Under the pieces are notes generated by a model. That model did not search any database, had not been told where the DNA came from, and saw nothing but the letters and a program-made list of their open reading frames with translations. 64,000 bases of DNA, taken from assembly GCA_964187785.1 (NCBI GenBank), contig OZ076409.1:46750001-46814000 (forward strand), given 5' to 3'. Made by a program: the position numbers and the translations under genes. This document shows, one piece after another, positions 1 to 13,765 of this stretch. Origin of the DNA: Amphiscolops sp. MND2022 (taxonomy: Eukaryota). Every line of letters begins with the position of its first letter. Within the stretch, counting starts at the first letter, position 1.

Positions 1-279
1 GAACGCCTTCTGCAAATTATAGCGTAAAAAATATTTTGAACGAATTCGACTTTTAAAGACGTTCTTATTTGAGAATGAACAATTGAATTCGCTCCAAACT
101 TTTCATAGAAACACTGCTGTTAAATGTATAAAACAATTCGCTCGCATTTCTCAAAAGTCTACGGTTCGCTTTTTTCACAACTACGGTTTACGGGTTACGG
201 TTTGGCGCTACGGGTTTCGGTCCACGGTCTAAAAATCCCACACCCCAGATAATCGGTAAAACATATTGTGCCAAAAATA

Positions 280-597
280 TATAAGATGGCCTTCCATGCT
301 CGCAAAACGCTTTGTTTCTGCTAAAAATCAAGAGGAGGCACTTTGGTTTACAGAGTTCAGAAAAAGGTCGCATAGTGTCAAAAAACCTCTGCATTTGCAA
401 GCATAAAAGTTTTTGGTTTAGTGCGAAACTCTGCCTCTTGTGCTTCTCAGGCCTCAGAAAATCCGGGTTACCCTCTCGGCCAAGTGATAGTTAGAAATTA
501 CTGAAGTATCTATTTTTAATTATATCAGTCACTTCACGTCTTTTAAAGAAGGCTTCTGCTATAGTTGGCTTTTACTTCGTAAGCGCAGACTTAAAAA
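280..597 (+). mobile_element. Degenerate 3' part of a HINE-like family 1 element
   Basis: Contains aaggtcgcatagtgtcaaaaaa subunit and a decayed 3' end (tatagttggc...aagcgcagacttaaaaa) like other copies. Confidence 0.5.
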
Positions 598-767
598 CCA
601 GCTCAAAAATGCATAACCTAATTTAGAGAATTAACGACAAAGTCTGGGATGGTCAACGAAGTCTTTACAGTCAGTTTATGGCCAGTCAAAAATGGTGAGA
701 CTTTTATTAGTTGTGCTACCTAGGTAATTTATATCGATAAAATAAAATTTTAAGTTGAGTGCAGTAG

Positions 768-1565
768 AAAACAAGCCGGGAACGGCCAAACTCGGCGCTG
801 TATCTAAGACTCAAAAAGCGCAAAGTTTCTAAAATACGCCAGCAAATTTTTATGAAAAGCTTTGGAAACTGTTCCAAGACGCCCAAAGGGTGCCTTTCAT
901 ACTCGATAAGATTCGGAAACCACTTTTCCCGGAAACAAAATTTTTTTGGATACAAGCAGTTTAGAAAAATGTTACATGGAAAAAACGCCAGTCTTAAAAA
1001 AAAAACAAAATTCAGATATAGCCTGCTGATTTTAATGATCATTTTGGAAAATCTCACAATGCCAAAATTTGGAAAAAAGGGGAACCCTTTGGAATTTTGA
1101 AAATCCAATTTGTTGCAAAATATCAAAAAAGTGAAGGGGACCCTTTGGAGACATTAAAAATTTTTTCGAGACATCAAAAAATGAATCTTTTGAATGGCTT
1201 CAGAGTGCCAAAAAATGTAAAATGGTGGATCCTTTGGGATTTATTGACATTCATTCTGTTGTAAAATATAAAATTGAAGCGGGACCCTTTGGTGCAATTG
1301 AAAATTTTTCGGAAAAAAGTCTCATAGTGTCGAAAAAATCTAAGTCATAAAAACCAAGGTAGCCAAAGAGGGGATCCTCAGTATGTTGTCGAAGTTCTGG
1401 ACGGTTTTTTGGTTTTGGTTTTTTGCTTTGGACGTGGCTCTGACGTTTCGAGTTCCAGTATGTTTTGAACCTTCAAGTTGTTGAACAATTGAACAAAAAG
1501 TGGACCTTACGCGTCTAAAAAAACTACCCATTGTAGTAAATTATTTAAAAAGCGCCGACTAAAAA
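768..1565 (+). mobile_element. Helentron-associated non-autonomous element (HINE/DINE-1-like), family 1
   Basis: 5' AACAAGCCGGGAACGGCCAAACTCGGCGCTGTATC, internal AAAGGGGGACCCTTTGG and AGTCTCAYAGTGCC subunits, 3' GCGCCGACTAAAAA (inverted partner of the 5' AGTCGGCGC motif). Many copies in the window. Confidence 0.7.
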
Positions 1566-1801
1566 CTCAGTTCAGTAAAAAATCAACTTTCATGTACATA
1601 CCTTACTTCTGCTGGTTTTCAGGTGCAAACTTTTCACGATTTCCAATAAAATCAATCTGCTTCCCAATTATTCATTTCATTCCTAACCGAAGATATATTG
1701 TGATGATTTGTGGAACTAATTGGGAAAAAATGAAAACTTTCTCAAGAAAAAACGGTAAGGGGTAAATATTTTCCAAATGATGCAAAATAGATGATACATA
1801 C

Positions 1802-1960
1802 CTGGGCAGTGTGAAAAAAATTGAGAGTAGCTGCAATCTGTCGGGTAACATGAGGACATATGGGGCCAAACACGAACAGCTGGCTGTCAGAAGAAACTCT
1901 GTCTCTCTGCTTTTTGGAGAAAAATCGAAAAAGCTGTCTGGTCCCTTCATCCACCTGGCA
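1802..1960 (-). CDS. Coding exon 2 of the same GABA-B receptor-like gene, 53 aa
   Basis: Acceptor ttctttgcttcag|TGC, donor CAG|GTATGT, 159 nt, phase 0/0. Translation CQVDEGTRQLFRFFSKKQRDRVSSDSQLFVFGPICPHVTRQIAATLNFFHTAQ aligns by eye with GABA-B2 [46 protein letters not shown], starting and ending at the equivalent residues. Confidence 0.88.
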
Positions 1961-4586
1961 CTGAAGCAAAGAATCAGGTGCGTGATATAAAGAAACCATT
2001 AAAATAACTATTTCATGATAGTTTAACTTCATCATAAAAGAATTGTATACATGGTTCTTGATCATGTTTGTATTTTGAAGATAATCTAACAAGCCATAAC
2101 TACCAATCAAAGACAAAAATCATATTAAACATATATTTGTAATTTTGTAGTTATCACTTTATAATTCTTGATACAATACGAGTATCTTTTATCCTAAAGT
2201 TAGGGATTGTTCTTTTTAAACTCCCCAAGTTATCAATATTCCCCAGCTAAAATACCTATGCTCAAGTTAACAAAAATTAACCCGGAATGGAGATGGAATT
2301 TTCTGGATGCATCCAAAAATCTGGTGCGTAAACTTAAAACCACAATATCTCCAAAAGTATCCAAGTCTGACAAACAATTTTAGCGCATTCGAAAGAAGAC
2401 AATCAGGGCTTTCATTTTGATATTTAAACTGCTGGGATGGGCGCGCTAGCTTCGCCTCACTGGCTCCGGACTTTGCGCCAAAACTTTGCACGCGTGGTGT
2501 CTCTGGCTGCAGTTCAGCTTGTTTCAAAACATGCTAGGGCCCCTTTGACCTAATGTTGTCCCCAGTATCATGAAGTGACAACAGGAAAAACGGAAAAACA
2601 AGAAAATTTTGCGCTAATTTTTTAAATATTTTTTGGTCCTTTTTTTGATTTTGGAGACATCAAGTTAACAATCCGTGAAAATGCCTGCAATTCTATGTAA
2701 TTTTGTCTGAAAATCTTATTCCAGAGTTTTCTTTACCATACGGAGGGCTGGTGCCTTTAGAAGTTTGCAGATCTTAAGTGGTGCAAATACGTACCGCGAT
2801 GCTAATTAGGGTAAAAGTGCCCAACCTGTAAATTTGTCAATTGTTAAGTTTTATATTGTGCCAATTAAAGAGAAAACATGTTTTCTCGTGATCCGTGCAT
2901 ACTTCAGAATTGATCAAACATACTATGATCATTCTATTGAACGTGATTGCATGGTTATGGGGTTGGATTGATCGCATTTAACCACAATCATAGTATGCTG
3001 AGTAGTTTTGGTCAACCAGTTTTTGGGGTGAACGTTTTCTCAATTCAAATCTGCATTTTTTGTTTTCATTTTTTAAAGCACAGATAATGCATGGAATTAA
3101 TATGGTCCATGCATGGGAACCAATTCATTATTCACATAGTGAGTCTCGCATAGAAGTCTCCAATGTATCCAGGAAAAAGAAGTTTCATTTCTGAAATAAT
3201 ATAATGCTTCTTAATAGAGCTCCAATCAACAATTAATTTAACCCAATTTCCAACTTCACATCATAACATTCTACGTGCGAGGAGCACTTTCGTTGAAGTG
3301 CGTTGACAATTGGTACTCCTGCGAATTATCAAACCAAATTTTGCCTAATTGCCTGCGAAAGGAGACCATTTGGCAACAGTTCTGCTCTCAGATTCATGGT
3401 ACTTTAACCAAACAAGTATTTGTAATAAAGAGCTGGGAACTCCGGAACCGCGAACGATGATAACCACACGTTGGAAAATGGGAAGAAATTCAAAAAAACG
3501 TGAAAAGTTGGTATCTCAATAATACAAAAAAGCTGGACCAGACTGGTCAAAACGTTTCGACCCGGTTTGACCCCTATCTTAGAAAATTTTACATCTGTAA
3601 ACACCTATGCTGAATTTAGCAGCAGTCCTTAAACTATCCTTGCTTAAAATATATGTTGTCGAAGTACAATGCATGTTTAATTCATGTAACATTCTCAAGT
3701 TTGATCGCCATTGGCCTTTGTAGAAACCCTGAGATTGTCTGGAAATCCTAAGAGGTACAAATTAAAGCCTAATGCAAAATAAGTAGTTACTTTTTGTCAT
3801 TAAAATCTAGACGAGAAGACTGCTCAAACGCAATCTGAGTGTCATGGCTTGACGCAGCAATAAATAAGGACTGATTAGCAAAGTTGTGTAGAGAAAAGGG
3901 ACTTTGGATACCAGAGACAAGATCTCAGCTTGCTCCAATTAGTTGCTTCGGAAGAGATAAATACCCACTCGCCCGGTTCTGATCCTTCTTAATTTCATGT
4001 CGTCTCTAGAAGTGCTTTTTACCCTCTTGTGTAACACAAGCTGGCGACTACACAAATTCGAAGATAAAACCCCTGCAATGCATGGATGCCACTAATCATT
4101 TCGCAATACATAGTGGACATTGGGAGCACGCGCCAGATTAGTTTTCCCGGTTTGTTCACATGCTAAGGAAGCTGTACATGGCTTAAAAGTCTTTATTCCC
4201 AGATCAATTCAATTCATAATTTGGTTAAGCAATTTATATATGCTTCAATAAAAATTCTATCCATATGCCAGTTACATGTACACATCCTAACTGACCGATT
4301 GTACATGTATTCATAGTGCACTTAGCAAAGCAAAGACTAGTTTGGTCAAAGCAGCAAAAATGAACCTCAACTTACCACATCCACGGTTCAATTTAAGGGC
4401 GATAATAAACCATCAATTGGACGCTCAATTTTAGATATAGAAAAACAATTCCAATGGTTAACCTTCATCATCTGAATTTCATTCACGGATGATAAAAGCT
4501 GAAATCGGTATAAAATTTTGAAAACTTTCCAATTGGAAACAAAAAAGGGTTAGGATTCAAATCCAGTTACTTTTTTCAACCATTAT

Positions 4587-4647
4587 TGGGTCAGTCAAGT
4601 AGCAAGATCACTGTTGGGGGACCATGGGTTCAATCCCGTTAGCGGCT
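4587..4647 (+). mobile_element. Degenerate tRNA-derived SINE-like head
   Basis: B-box-like GGGTTCAATCCC at ~4626-4637; no intact cloverleaf. Confidence 0.3.
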
Positions 4648-4669
4648 GCAGTAGTGAAATAAGACGCAA

Positions 4670-4780
4670 GGTTCAAATACCATTGAGTCGACATCGTTTG
4701 CTTTGAAATTTTGGTCCAATAAAATAATCGATGTCGACATCCTATCTGTTACATTGACTGTCATTTGGAAGTTGCTAATT
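4670..4780. repeat. Dispersed repeat with internal inverted GTCGACATC...GATGTCGAC; second copy at ~43514-43625
   Basis: aataccatt...gtcgacatcgtttgc...tggtccaataaaata...gatgtcgaca...tcctatct..tacatt is shared by both sites. Confidence 0.7.
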
Positions 4781-4849
4781 AGACTTTATCATGGAGACAA
4801 TGCTCTAAGAAATTACTTTCATATAATGTTCGCTCATTGTTACGACTGA

Positions 4850-5201
4850 GTAACGGAGTGCCGTCAGAAAAAACCATTTCATATTTTTTTGGAGTTGAAG
4901 TTGGCGCTATGAAAGTAGTTTTGTTTTCAGAATCAGAATCAACGCGATCTTGTGGATTGGGTGCCTTTTTGGCAGTTGGAGGTATTAATTTCAGTATTTG
5001 CCAAGTTTTTTGTCAAGATTTTATTGATTTCTGACATTATCTCCCTATCAACTGACGTTTTGATTCGTCGAGAATTTCAATTGGAAATTTGCTTGATCCT
5101 GCTATGAGGTTTTCAGATCGAATATAATCAGTTATAGGCGTTTCATGCTCAGCAGAACGTAGTTCTGCTGCAGTTTTTCTCTTCTGACTTCGGGTTGTCA
5201 T
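4850..5201 (-). pseudogene. Probable decayed LTR-retrotransposon gag N-terminus
   Basis: MTTRSQKRK... start (MxTRS-type gag motif) followed by a frameshifted charged, low-complexity segment (PTAKKAPNPQDRVDSDSEN...IAPTSTPK). Confidence 0.4.
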
Positions 5202-7082
5202 TTTAGAAGCGAAAATTTTGAAAAGGTTGGATAAGAGAAAACTTTGGAAGAGAATGGAAGAATCTTTGGAAAGAGTGAATTCTGCAAAGAAAAGTTTTGA
5301 CGTTTTAACAACGAAAAGATAACAAAAGACTGACTCAATTTGCAAAAGTATACCAATATATACCTTCTCAGCATCATTTGGTCCTCACCCAAAAATTCCT
5401 AGGAACCCTAAAAATCGGGCTTTATTCACTAAAAAACCTAGTTGATTCATATCATGTCAGCCGGGCATCCCAAAAGCAGATAACAAAATTCCCAGTAGCA
5501 TCGCTTGTTCGTCACCTTTGTTGAAATCATTTTTTTCAGCCTGATACAATTCCGGTTTGCTTTTCAATATGACAGCAAAATAAGAGTCCGCTCAACAGAT
5601 TCATCAACTTCATCAACAAAAGAGCGCCGGCATGAACGTATAGTCAATTCGTAGTTGCAGATTTTGAGAAGAACAAGACTGAAGTACGAATAGCAAAAAA
5701 AGTGAAGCGACTAAAACGGAGCAAAAAATTGCGAAAATGAAAATGCCTATATATTGATGAATAGGAACGAACGATGCTGGAAATGCACTTTAGCGGGTAA
5801 ATACATAAACCGCCTATAACTGGCTAAAAACACATTTCATGCAAACAATATTTACCATATTAAGAATCCAACACAAATGCAAGCACACTGTAACCTTGAC
5901 GGAAACAATTCAAGAGAAATTTTGAGAAATGAAAGAAACAAAGCAGTATGAGGATAAAAAACTCACAGCCAAACTTATTGACTATAATTATTCAATATTA
6001 TAGCATCAAATTTCAACATGAGATATGCAAGGATAATTCAGACACAATTATAAAGGTATTATTATTGTAATGCTATCCATGCAAAACATAGGAGGAACAA
6101 CGTATTATGAACGAAAAATTGAAGGTACGCCTTTTGATCTTTTGTATATTTCATTCAGGTGGAAAATTCATCATTTGTCTGCTTAGCTTTGACAACGATG
6201 ACCTTGCGTTAATTTCCTAAGATTATTTTCTAGATTGCTCTGAAACATTGTTTTGAAACAGAGTCTTGTGATTAGAGATGGGAAATTGATTTATTCAACG
6301 AAAGGTCAACGTATTTTGTAGTCGAATCTCAAATATCACAAAAAATTAGTCCTCCAACTTATCTTACAACACAGCTTTTGTTACATAGAATCACTGTCGC
6401 AAAATTCGTGTAATCCATCATTTCTTGAAGCATTTGCGTTTAAGTCCTTATTTTGATTATTACAATTTTAAAATCGCTCCGTAACGTCTCCGTGTGTATT
6501 AAGATTGGCCATAGCTAACAAGCAGCGTGACGTGGGGTTTTCCTCAGGCGTTAGCAAAAATCATTCCAAAACGTTTAGCAATGACGCCACAAAATCGTTC
6601 TTATAAGCCTAAGCTTGAATATACCGGCCATGCAGTGAACTTATTGGTCCGCCATGCAGGTAGTTTGGATACTAGTTTCACTAGGGGACCTGGTCATTAC
6701 GTGCGATTCTCTGCATAGGTTACTTCACTTGTTTGTATTTTGATGTTTAGATCAGCATGCAAATTGTCTGAAGAAAGACACCGGAAGTGAGAAGTAATCA
6801 CTCAAAAGAATATAGACCGGAAGTTTTAGTTTTTGTAAATTCACTTGGCTCAAATTTTACGTTACGTTTGCGTTAGCTCTTGCGTTCGAAATTCTTCTAT
6901 CCTTATTTAGCAGTGTTGTAAGTACGTTTAATTGACTAACTCTTTCATTGTGGGAACAAATACGTTTAGTAGCTTTTACCATATCCGTGTCAGGCCTCTC
7001 GAATACTTATGAACTCCTTCATGGCATGTAGTACACTAACCGGGAGTGGGCCATGACACTTATTAGAGAAATATTTTTATTA

Positions 7083-7317
7083 TTTTCCGCCCATATTCCA
7101 TATGGGAAAGGAAAATATTTAAATCAAACGAGTTTTTTTACAAAATTTGCCAAGAATTATTGTTTACGTTATATGAAAAAATACATTCAGAGAATTCAAC
7201 TGACATAAATTTAGTTCCATGCGATATGTATTTGTAAAGATTTTCGGACTTAAAACGATTTTGTTGCTCAAATGATTTGGGGCGGAAAATATCCCTCTGG
7301 TCCGCGGACGTCTTGTT
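7083..7317 (-). mobile_element. HINE-like family 2, short copy
   Basis: Minus strand 5' AACAAGACGTCCGC...TTTTCCGCCC and 3' hairpin TTCCCATATGGAATATGGGCGGAAAA; both ends match the long copy at 38463-41745. Confidence 0.65.
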
Positions 7318-9479
7318 CAAGAACAAATTGTGTTTTCGTGTTGGGGGATTCGCAACAAGGAAATTGAACACGTGGTCCCTGCTGGTATATTTAGTACTTT
7401 CTGGAGACGATTTGCAAAAAGAAACCCGCCGCAACTAAAACTTTGCATTTTGCTTTGTAACCTGTGATTGGAAACCAAAAAACTGGAACTTCCAACATAC
7501 TTGCAGTTTTCGGAAGTGCATGATTTCTCAAAACTAATTTGAATGCATTCATGCATTAAAAACGCCCACGGCACTGCGTGTCCCTTTACGATATTTCGGT
7601 TGCGGCGCTTCGTTTTCCAGCTCCAGCATTGCAATTCGAAACATTGGTGCGTTGCTACAACCAAATCGTTTCCTAGTATTGAGGAATTTAAATGCACAGA
7701 ATCTACAAACCAACATCACCACCGAGAAATAAAAGTTACAGAAATGAAAAGGTACAGGATACATTAAGTAGAATACAATCACGAGAAACATCAGTCAGAT
7801 TTTTAGCATGACGCTTGTGATCTTGAATTACAGGATGATTGGCGTGTAAGCAACTGTTTTCCTCTGTCTAATAAGAGAAAGGATAGCCTTTTAAAGAAAA
7901 TATTTTGGGAAGATAAAAATGATAAGCCTTATATAGTTATACTGGTAAAGACGATTAAGAAAATTTTTGCATTCATTTCTGGCTGATGCATAAAAAGAGA
8001 AAGGTGATTCCAAAGAAATATTATTGCGCACGTTGACAGAGCCCGAGAACAACACAGTGACGTGATAAAAAATGAGCTCTAACGCATTTGATTATTTATC
8101 AACTTTGCATTGGTTAGTCGATAACAAATATCAGTCGTAATCTCAGATCAGGCGAAAACTCACACCAAATGGAAAAAGCGACAATTCATATCAATTAAAA
8201 TCACATATCTGAAAACTAATTCCCATATTAGAAACAGATTCAACAAATTGTACCAAGTAATTATTCAACAATTAGGTGCATTTGAATATTTGATGCTCCA
8301 TTTTTAAACATGATGAAATAATAACTTGATTTTTTGATAATTAGCATTGCATTGGATACAGTTTCCTGAGAAGATGAACATATGTGAAAAGCGTAACAAC
8401 CCGGGATCGGAGCCCAATAACGAGTTTTTTTATTTTGCGAATTTTTTTGAATTTGAAGAGAATAGTTTCCGAAAATTTCGAAGAAAAATGTTTACTTTAT
8501 GTAAAAAAAGAATCGCTTCATTTCGGAATTCAAAAAATCTTCAAAAATCACCAATACTTCAAAATAACTTCATGCTGTTAGAAGAACACAATGCAAATCG
8601 TTTCAGTCAACGGATTAAAATTGTGCGGAAAACTAAAAAAGTACAACCTCTGTTCATGAGATCAAATGCAGCCTTGACGGAATTAAGCTGAATGAAGTGG
8701 GCGTTTCACTTAGTTTATCCCATTAAATCGAAATATCTCAGCAACTTCGTGCCTTGTTTTGATGGGTAATGCCGCACAACAATTTTGGACCCTTATCTGA
8801 GAATTAATGTAATTAAATTGCCCACTCCCAGAGAAACCCTTTAATTTGTAATTCATCTTCAATCGCTTCCTCACACGAGGGGATATTCCAGCAAAATCAA
8901 GGCAACATTTCATCAATTTTTCCCGTCGGCTATTCCTATCCATTACACGAAAAAAACCACTAAATTATATCCTGTAATGATAATTCAATTTGCGCGACTT
9001 CCACAATAACGGCTGAATTTTTCTTCCGCTATAAGTGTTTCGACTGAACAAGCAGAATGATTTCCTCATTCGCCACCAATTTTAATGGTAAATATTTTTG
9101 TTTTCAGGAAATGAGAAAATACTTCGAAGAACTTTTATTACCGCGGAACAAAGTCTGAGTGACAAGAAAAACCGAAAGGTGACTCGAAACATAAACAGAG
9201 GCATGAGGCTCAGTGGCACTGCTATATTTTTCGTAAACTGTTACAAGATGCTTTAGAAAACAGCGAGCTCTTTCAAACATCAATCATTAAAAAAAGTAAC
9301 TGTATAATCTCAAAATAAAAATACCTCTTCGCATCTAAAGACTCTTATAATGATTATTTCCACCGCCTTCTTTCTTCCCAAAACCTCAACGAAAATTATT
9401 TTAAAAAACCGTCCTCGCGTCACTGTATCAACAAACAACCAAAAACGCACCCTCCTTAAACAACTTTTGCGGGAAAAAC

Positions 9480-11700
9480 GACTTTTGCCAGGTGTCGAAA
9501 CAGTCTAAAACGGGTTTTTCCAGAGTCACAAAAACGTCAGAAAAATTGATGAAGGACCTTCGGTGATATAAAATATCATAAAAAAGTTGCACAGTGCGGA
9601 ACAAAACCCAGAAGGAGGCCCTTTGATCTTCTCTGTACCTTTGCGAGCATTAAAAACAATATTCTACCGCGGGACTCGAACCCGGTAGAAAGAAAGTTTA
9701 TTTATTTGTTTATAGAAAAAAATTACCAATGAAGAACATCAACAACCCCTTCTATAAACAAATAGGACAAAAGATGAGCTGACTAAACTCTTCAAGCCTC
9801 TGCCCTAGAGAACCAACCATAACCAGTGTCGACGCCGACCGAAAATGTGAAAAACATTTTATTTCTTAATCAAGCAATTTTTTGTTTATCATTCAGAAAA
9901 AAAAGAGAAACTATTTTACTATCACCAGCTATATAAATATCTCTAAAAACCTTCAGATGACTTACAGCTTGCTTACTAGTTATTTTTGTTAAGTTTTCAG
10001 GAAATAGGTTGAATGTTTTTAGCCAATTATGACCTTTAGCCAATACATTCCGGATCGATTTTAATATTGTAACCGTTCTGGACTAAATTGTCTGTAAATG
10101 TCCTTTACGAGTCTACTTGTATCATAATTATTCACATGTCCCTTACGTAAGAAAGAACTGGAAACTCTGACCGTATATGTGAGAAAACTTCGCGAGAGAT
10201 TTCATTGACATACATTTCAAACACGGTTGAACGTTGTTTCCTGATGAAAATGTCTTGTAAGTTTTCATACTTTTTTCGGAAGAAAACTGCTCTGATTATT
10301 CTTCGTTGAGCCATTTCAATTTCTTCAAGATTGGATTTGCATGCACTCCCATAAACGAGTAACCCATAGGTAATTACAGACTTTGCGTAAGACTCGTAAA
10401 AAGTAAGTAAGCATTTAATAGGGTACAAATCTCGTACACGAGAATTCAATCTCCAGAATTTGTTCAATTTCTTCAATACATCTTTGATGTGTTCCCTAAA
10501 GTTCAATTCAAAACCAATGTAAAGTCCAAGATATCTGCAATGTGTCTCCATACCAACAGTTTTGTTGAGAAATGTAATGCTTTTTGAAATTCCGCAGCCA
10601 AAGTGCATGCTTTCACATTTTGAAGTGTTAACACTAAGTTTATTGTGTGAAAACCAGTCAAGAACTTTATTCAAATCAATTTGAAGGTTGAGACTGTTCC
10701 TTTCTGCAGAATGGAGTATCGAAGTGTCATCAGCAAACATGGCTATTTTGTTCTCGTTTTTACAAAATACTGGTAAGTCATTAACATAAATTACGAAGAA
10801 GCATGCCCCAAGATGGATCTTTGAGGCACACCACTTGTTATCTGTAGTTGACAACTTTTATCGTTCTGTGAGGAAACAAACTGACATCTGCTTCTCAAAT
10901 AGTCTAGAAAAATTTCATGCATCGCTCCTCGGAAGCCGTAAATCAACAGTTTTTCTTGTAGGATTTTATGATCTAACGAGTCAAAGGCTTTTTGCAAATA
11001 TATGAGACACGCTTGGACAGTGCGTTTCCTGTCAATTTCGTTCTCATATATTCCGTTAAGGTTCGTGATGCATGTACGCAAGAATGGTTTGATCGAAAAC
11101 CAAATTGCTCTGGAGACAAAAGCTTGTTCTTATTCACGAACGTAACCATTCTTTTGAGGAGAAGTTTCTCAAACACGTTGCTTAAGGAGCTTATCAAACT
11201 AATTGGCCTATAATTTTCTGGGTGTTTCCGGTTATCCTTTTTGTATAAAGGGATGACCTTTGCTATTTTCAAAGAGTTTGGAAATTTTTGCTGAGATATA
11301 CAGTCATTGAGTGCAAGAGTTTAGTGGACTTCTCTATGACTGGTGTACAACATTTCAATATCTCGTTGCTGATACCATCGTGACCTTAGTTGTTTTGCTT
11401 TTCATGGTTCTTATTATTTTTGCCACTTCAAGATGATCAGTTTCGCACAGTACTATGGACCTTCCCGACTTCTCAATTTGAACGTTTGCTCAGGTGGGGG
11501 TACTTTCGAAGATAAGAGTTTCTCTATACTTGTAAAATATCGATTCAGGGTAGAGGGATCAGGAAATAATGACTTTTTTCACCTGCTCTTGTATGACTTT
11601 TTGAAGTTCTTTCCGGTTTTTTTTGAAGCCGGTTTCTTCTGCATCCCGTCACCAGAAAGAGAACCTCGCGTAAAACTCTAAGCCAAGTGAAAAATACTTC
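9480..11700 (+). mobile_element. HINE-like family 1 copy interrupted by the LINE
   Basis: Subunits aaaagttgcacagtgcgg and ggccctttg up to gggactcgaacccggt (9686). The sequence resumes after 11625 (cttctgcatcccgtcaccagaaagagaacctcgcgt), matching the uninterrupted copy at ~54450-54520. Confidence 0.55.
9687..11624 (-). mobile_element. 5'-truncated, frameshifted non-LTR retrotransposon (CR1/Jockey group, e.g. Crack/Daphne/L2-like); RT and 3' UTR
   Basis: RT motifs across frames: KIAKVIPLYKK...PENYRPISLISSLS, QFGFR, LQKAFDSLDH, SGVPQRSILG, YVNDL, MFADDT. 3' end AATAAATAAACTTTCTTTCT. Flanked by a near-TSD, GAACCCGGT (9678-9686) / GAAGCCGGT (11625-11633). Confidence 0.92.
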
Positions 11701-13160
11701 CAGTGAAAAATTTCAACCAGTATCTAAGAGCTATTCGCAAATGTTGAGAAAAACGCTGAAAATAAGATTTTTTGTTTCTTGAGAACCAGTGTAAAAATGT
11801 AAAATAGTAAAAAAAATCGGATCATGTTTTTTCTTGGTATTGGCCATAACGTAAAATTTCGAATTATTTCGAGCATGTCTTCAACTTTAATGATGAGAAA
11901 TTCGGGAAACTTTTTGTCGAGATGTAAGTTTTTTGAGAGGCATTTAAAGTATTTTAACAATGCTTTTTGGTTTCAGTGACCTTTGGGCCGTAAAAGAGAA
12001 TCTACGTGATTTCGTTTTCCCGATTTTCATCTTGGAAGGTACTTTCGGGGAGGGATTCGCAACATGAACGAAATAAAGGGAGGGTCGACACTCTTGATGC
12101 TCTTGAGGTTTCGAGCTAAAAGTTAGTGGAAAGACGACTGTTTAGAAGGAGAAACTAGTAACTGTAATTGTCGTTTGACAAAATCTAGCCACTCTAACAA
12201 GCCTATATGGATATCACTTACACATACATTTTTTCGTGGAAAATCCTCAATTTTAAACCACAATTTTCTTTGGTGCTTGATCAAATCGAGCTGAGAAACA
12301 GTTTTCAATCAAAGCTGCCCAACTTTTGATGTTTTCTTGAGAAAAATAATACGTTTTTCGTCACAATTCGACCCGCAAAATTCGTCAAAAACAAGATAAA
12401 AAACAGTATGTGGCTTTTTCTCATGTGGTCGCAGACCTAATTTGATTGAGTTAACCTTAGGTAGCTGATTATTGGTTTGACACAGCCATCACTTGTTCCA
12501 ATATCAAAATGCGGCAGATATTTTGATGCTTTCATTCAGCGATTATGATGCGACATTCAAGGTTCTCTCTTTGTACAGCCTTCATGTTTGGGAATGCAAT
12601 GTTGGGGACAAAAGCTGTCATAGTGTTGTTGTTGCCTTTCAAACAATTAAGTAGATCAGAAATTCAGATGTCAGGTTTTGTCTAAGGGCTGCAACGCCTA
12701 CATTGTCTCTGAAAGCAATGAAAAACGTTAATCAGTGAACCCTAGATCGGGAAAAACATCTACTTTTTGACTCCTACAGATAATCTGTTTGACATGTCCT
12801 AATATAAAATCAATTTTTCGAAATCCTAAATACCCCAGCAAGACAAAATACATTCCAGATCATTTGTTGTTGAAAAGGATTCAAAGTACTCAATTTTTGA
12901 ATACTTCAGACGGTATAAAATTCCGTATTCATAAACTCTCATGTGGACAAAATCTACAAAAATAAATTGTATGAAAAAGGGAAAATGTTCGTTCAAGGAA
13001 ACTTTTATCTTTTGAAAACGATTTTGTTGTGAATCTTGTAGCTTCTGATTGATTTTCTAACCGTTCTACGGCTAGGATCAAAATAGAGTTTGATATGCAC
13101 AGGGGATATGCAAAGTGAAGATGTTTCCGCTTCCTATCGTGTTCATCTCATCTAGATTTA

Positions 13161-13765
13161 ACTAGAAGAGAACGTCTGACTCGGCGCCCCGCTGAAGGCT
13201 CAAAAAACGCAGAGTCTCAAATATGCTCACAGTGGATTCAAGCAAATTCTCAAGATATCAAAACTCCCAAGGGGCACTCTGTAGCCTCGAAAAACGCTTT
13301 TCTCTTACTTAAAATATCCAAAAATACCAATTTGGTGAAAAATCTTGACACACAGTGCCAAAAACTCAAAAGAGAGAGCCCTTCAAGCTTGTTAAACGAC
13401 TTTCCCGAAGTTGAAACAGTGTGAAAACCGAAGGAGAGACCCTTTGATTAAATATTTTTTTAGTTAGTAGTCCTAGATATGTAATGGTCCTAGATACCTT
13501 TCAGACTGGGTTCACTATGATATGAAGTCACTGAAGAAGATGAACAAATTGTTCAAAAAAAGTGGACCATTCAGTGTGACATATGACAAGAAAACTTGTC
13601 TCGGTTTGTATTTGAAAAAGCTCCGACTAAAAAACGAAGGGCTATCGTTACCTGATTTAAAGTTAGTTACAAAAAATCACGGCTTTACTGCTCTTTGCTT
13701 TTGAAGTGTGTCTACTTCTACAAAACCAAATTGTGAAGAAAGTTTTAAAAACGCGACTACAAGAG
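13161..13765 (+). mobile_element. HINE-like family 1 copy, decayed
   Basis: 5' actagaagagaacgtctgactcggcgcc, acacagtgcc subunit, 3' aagctccgactaaaaa at ~13619-13634. Confidence 0.6.

Noticed and set aside
1..770. Search for GABA-B exon 3 (SY/F...YP.FFRT)
   Set aside because: No such motif found on the minus strand; it probably lies outside the window.
1742..2116. The whole 124-aa ORF as a single-exon gene
   Set aside because: Only 1802-1960 has splice sites and GABA-B similarity; the rest is intronic.
6780..6825. Paired ACCGGAAGT (ETS-like) sites as a promoter; also at ~37013
   Set aside because: Short motif with no associated transcript evidence; could be repeat-derived.
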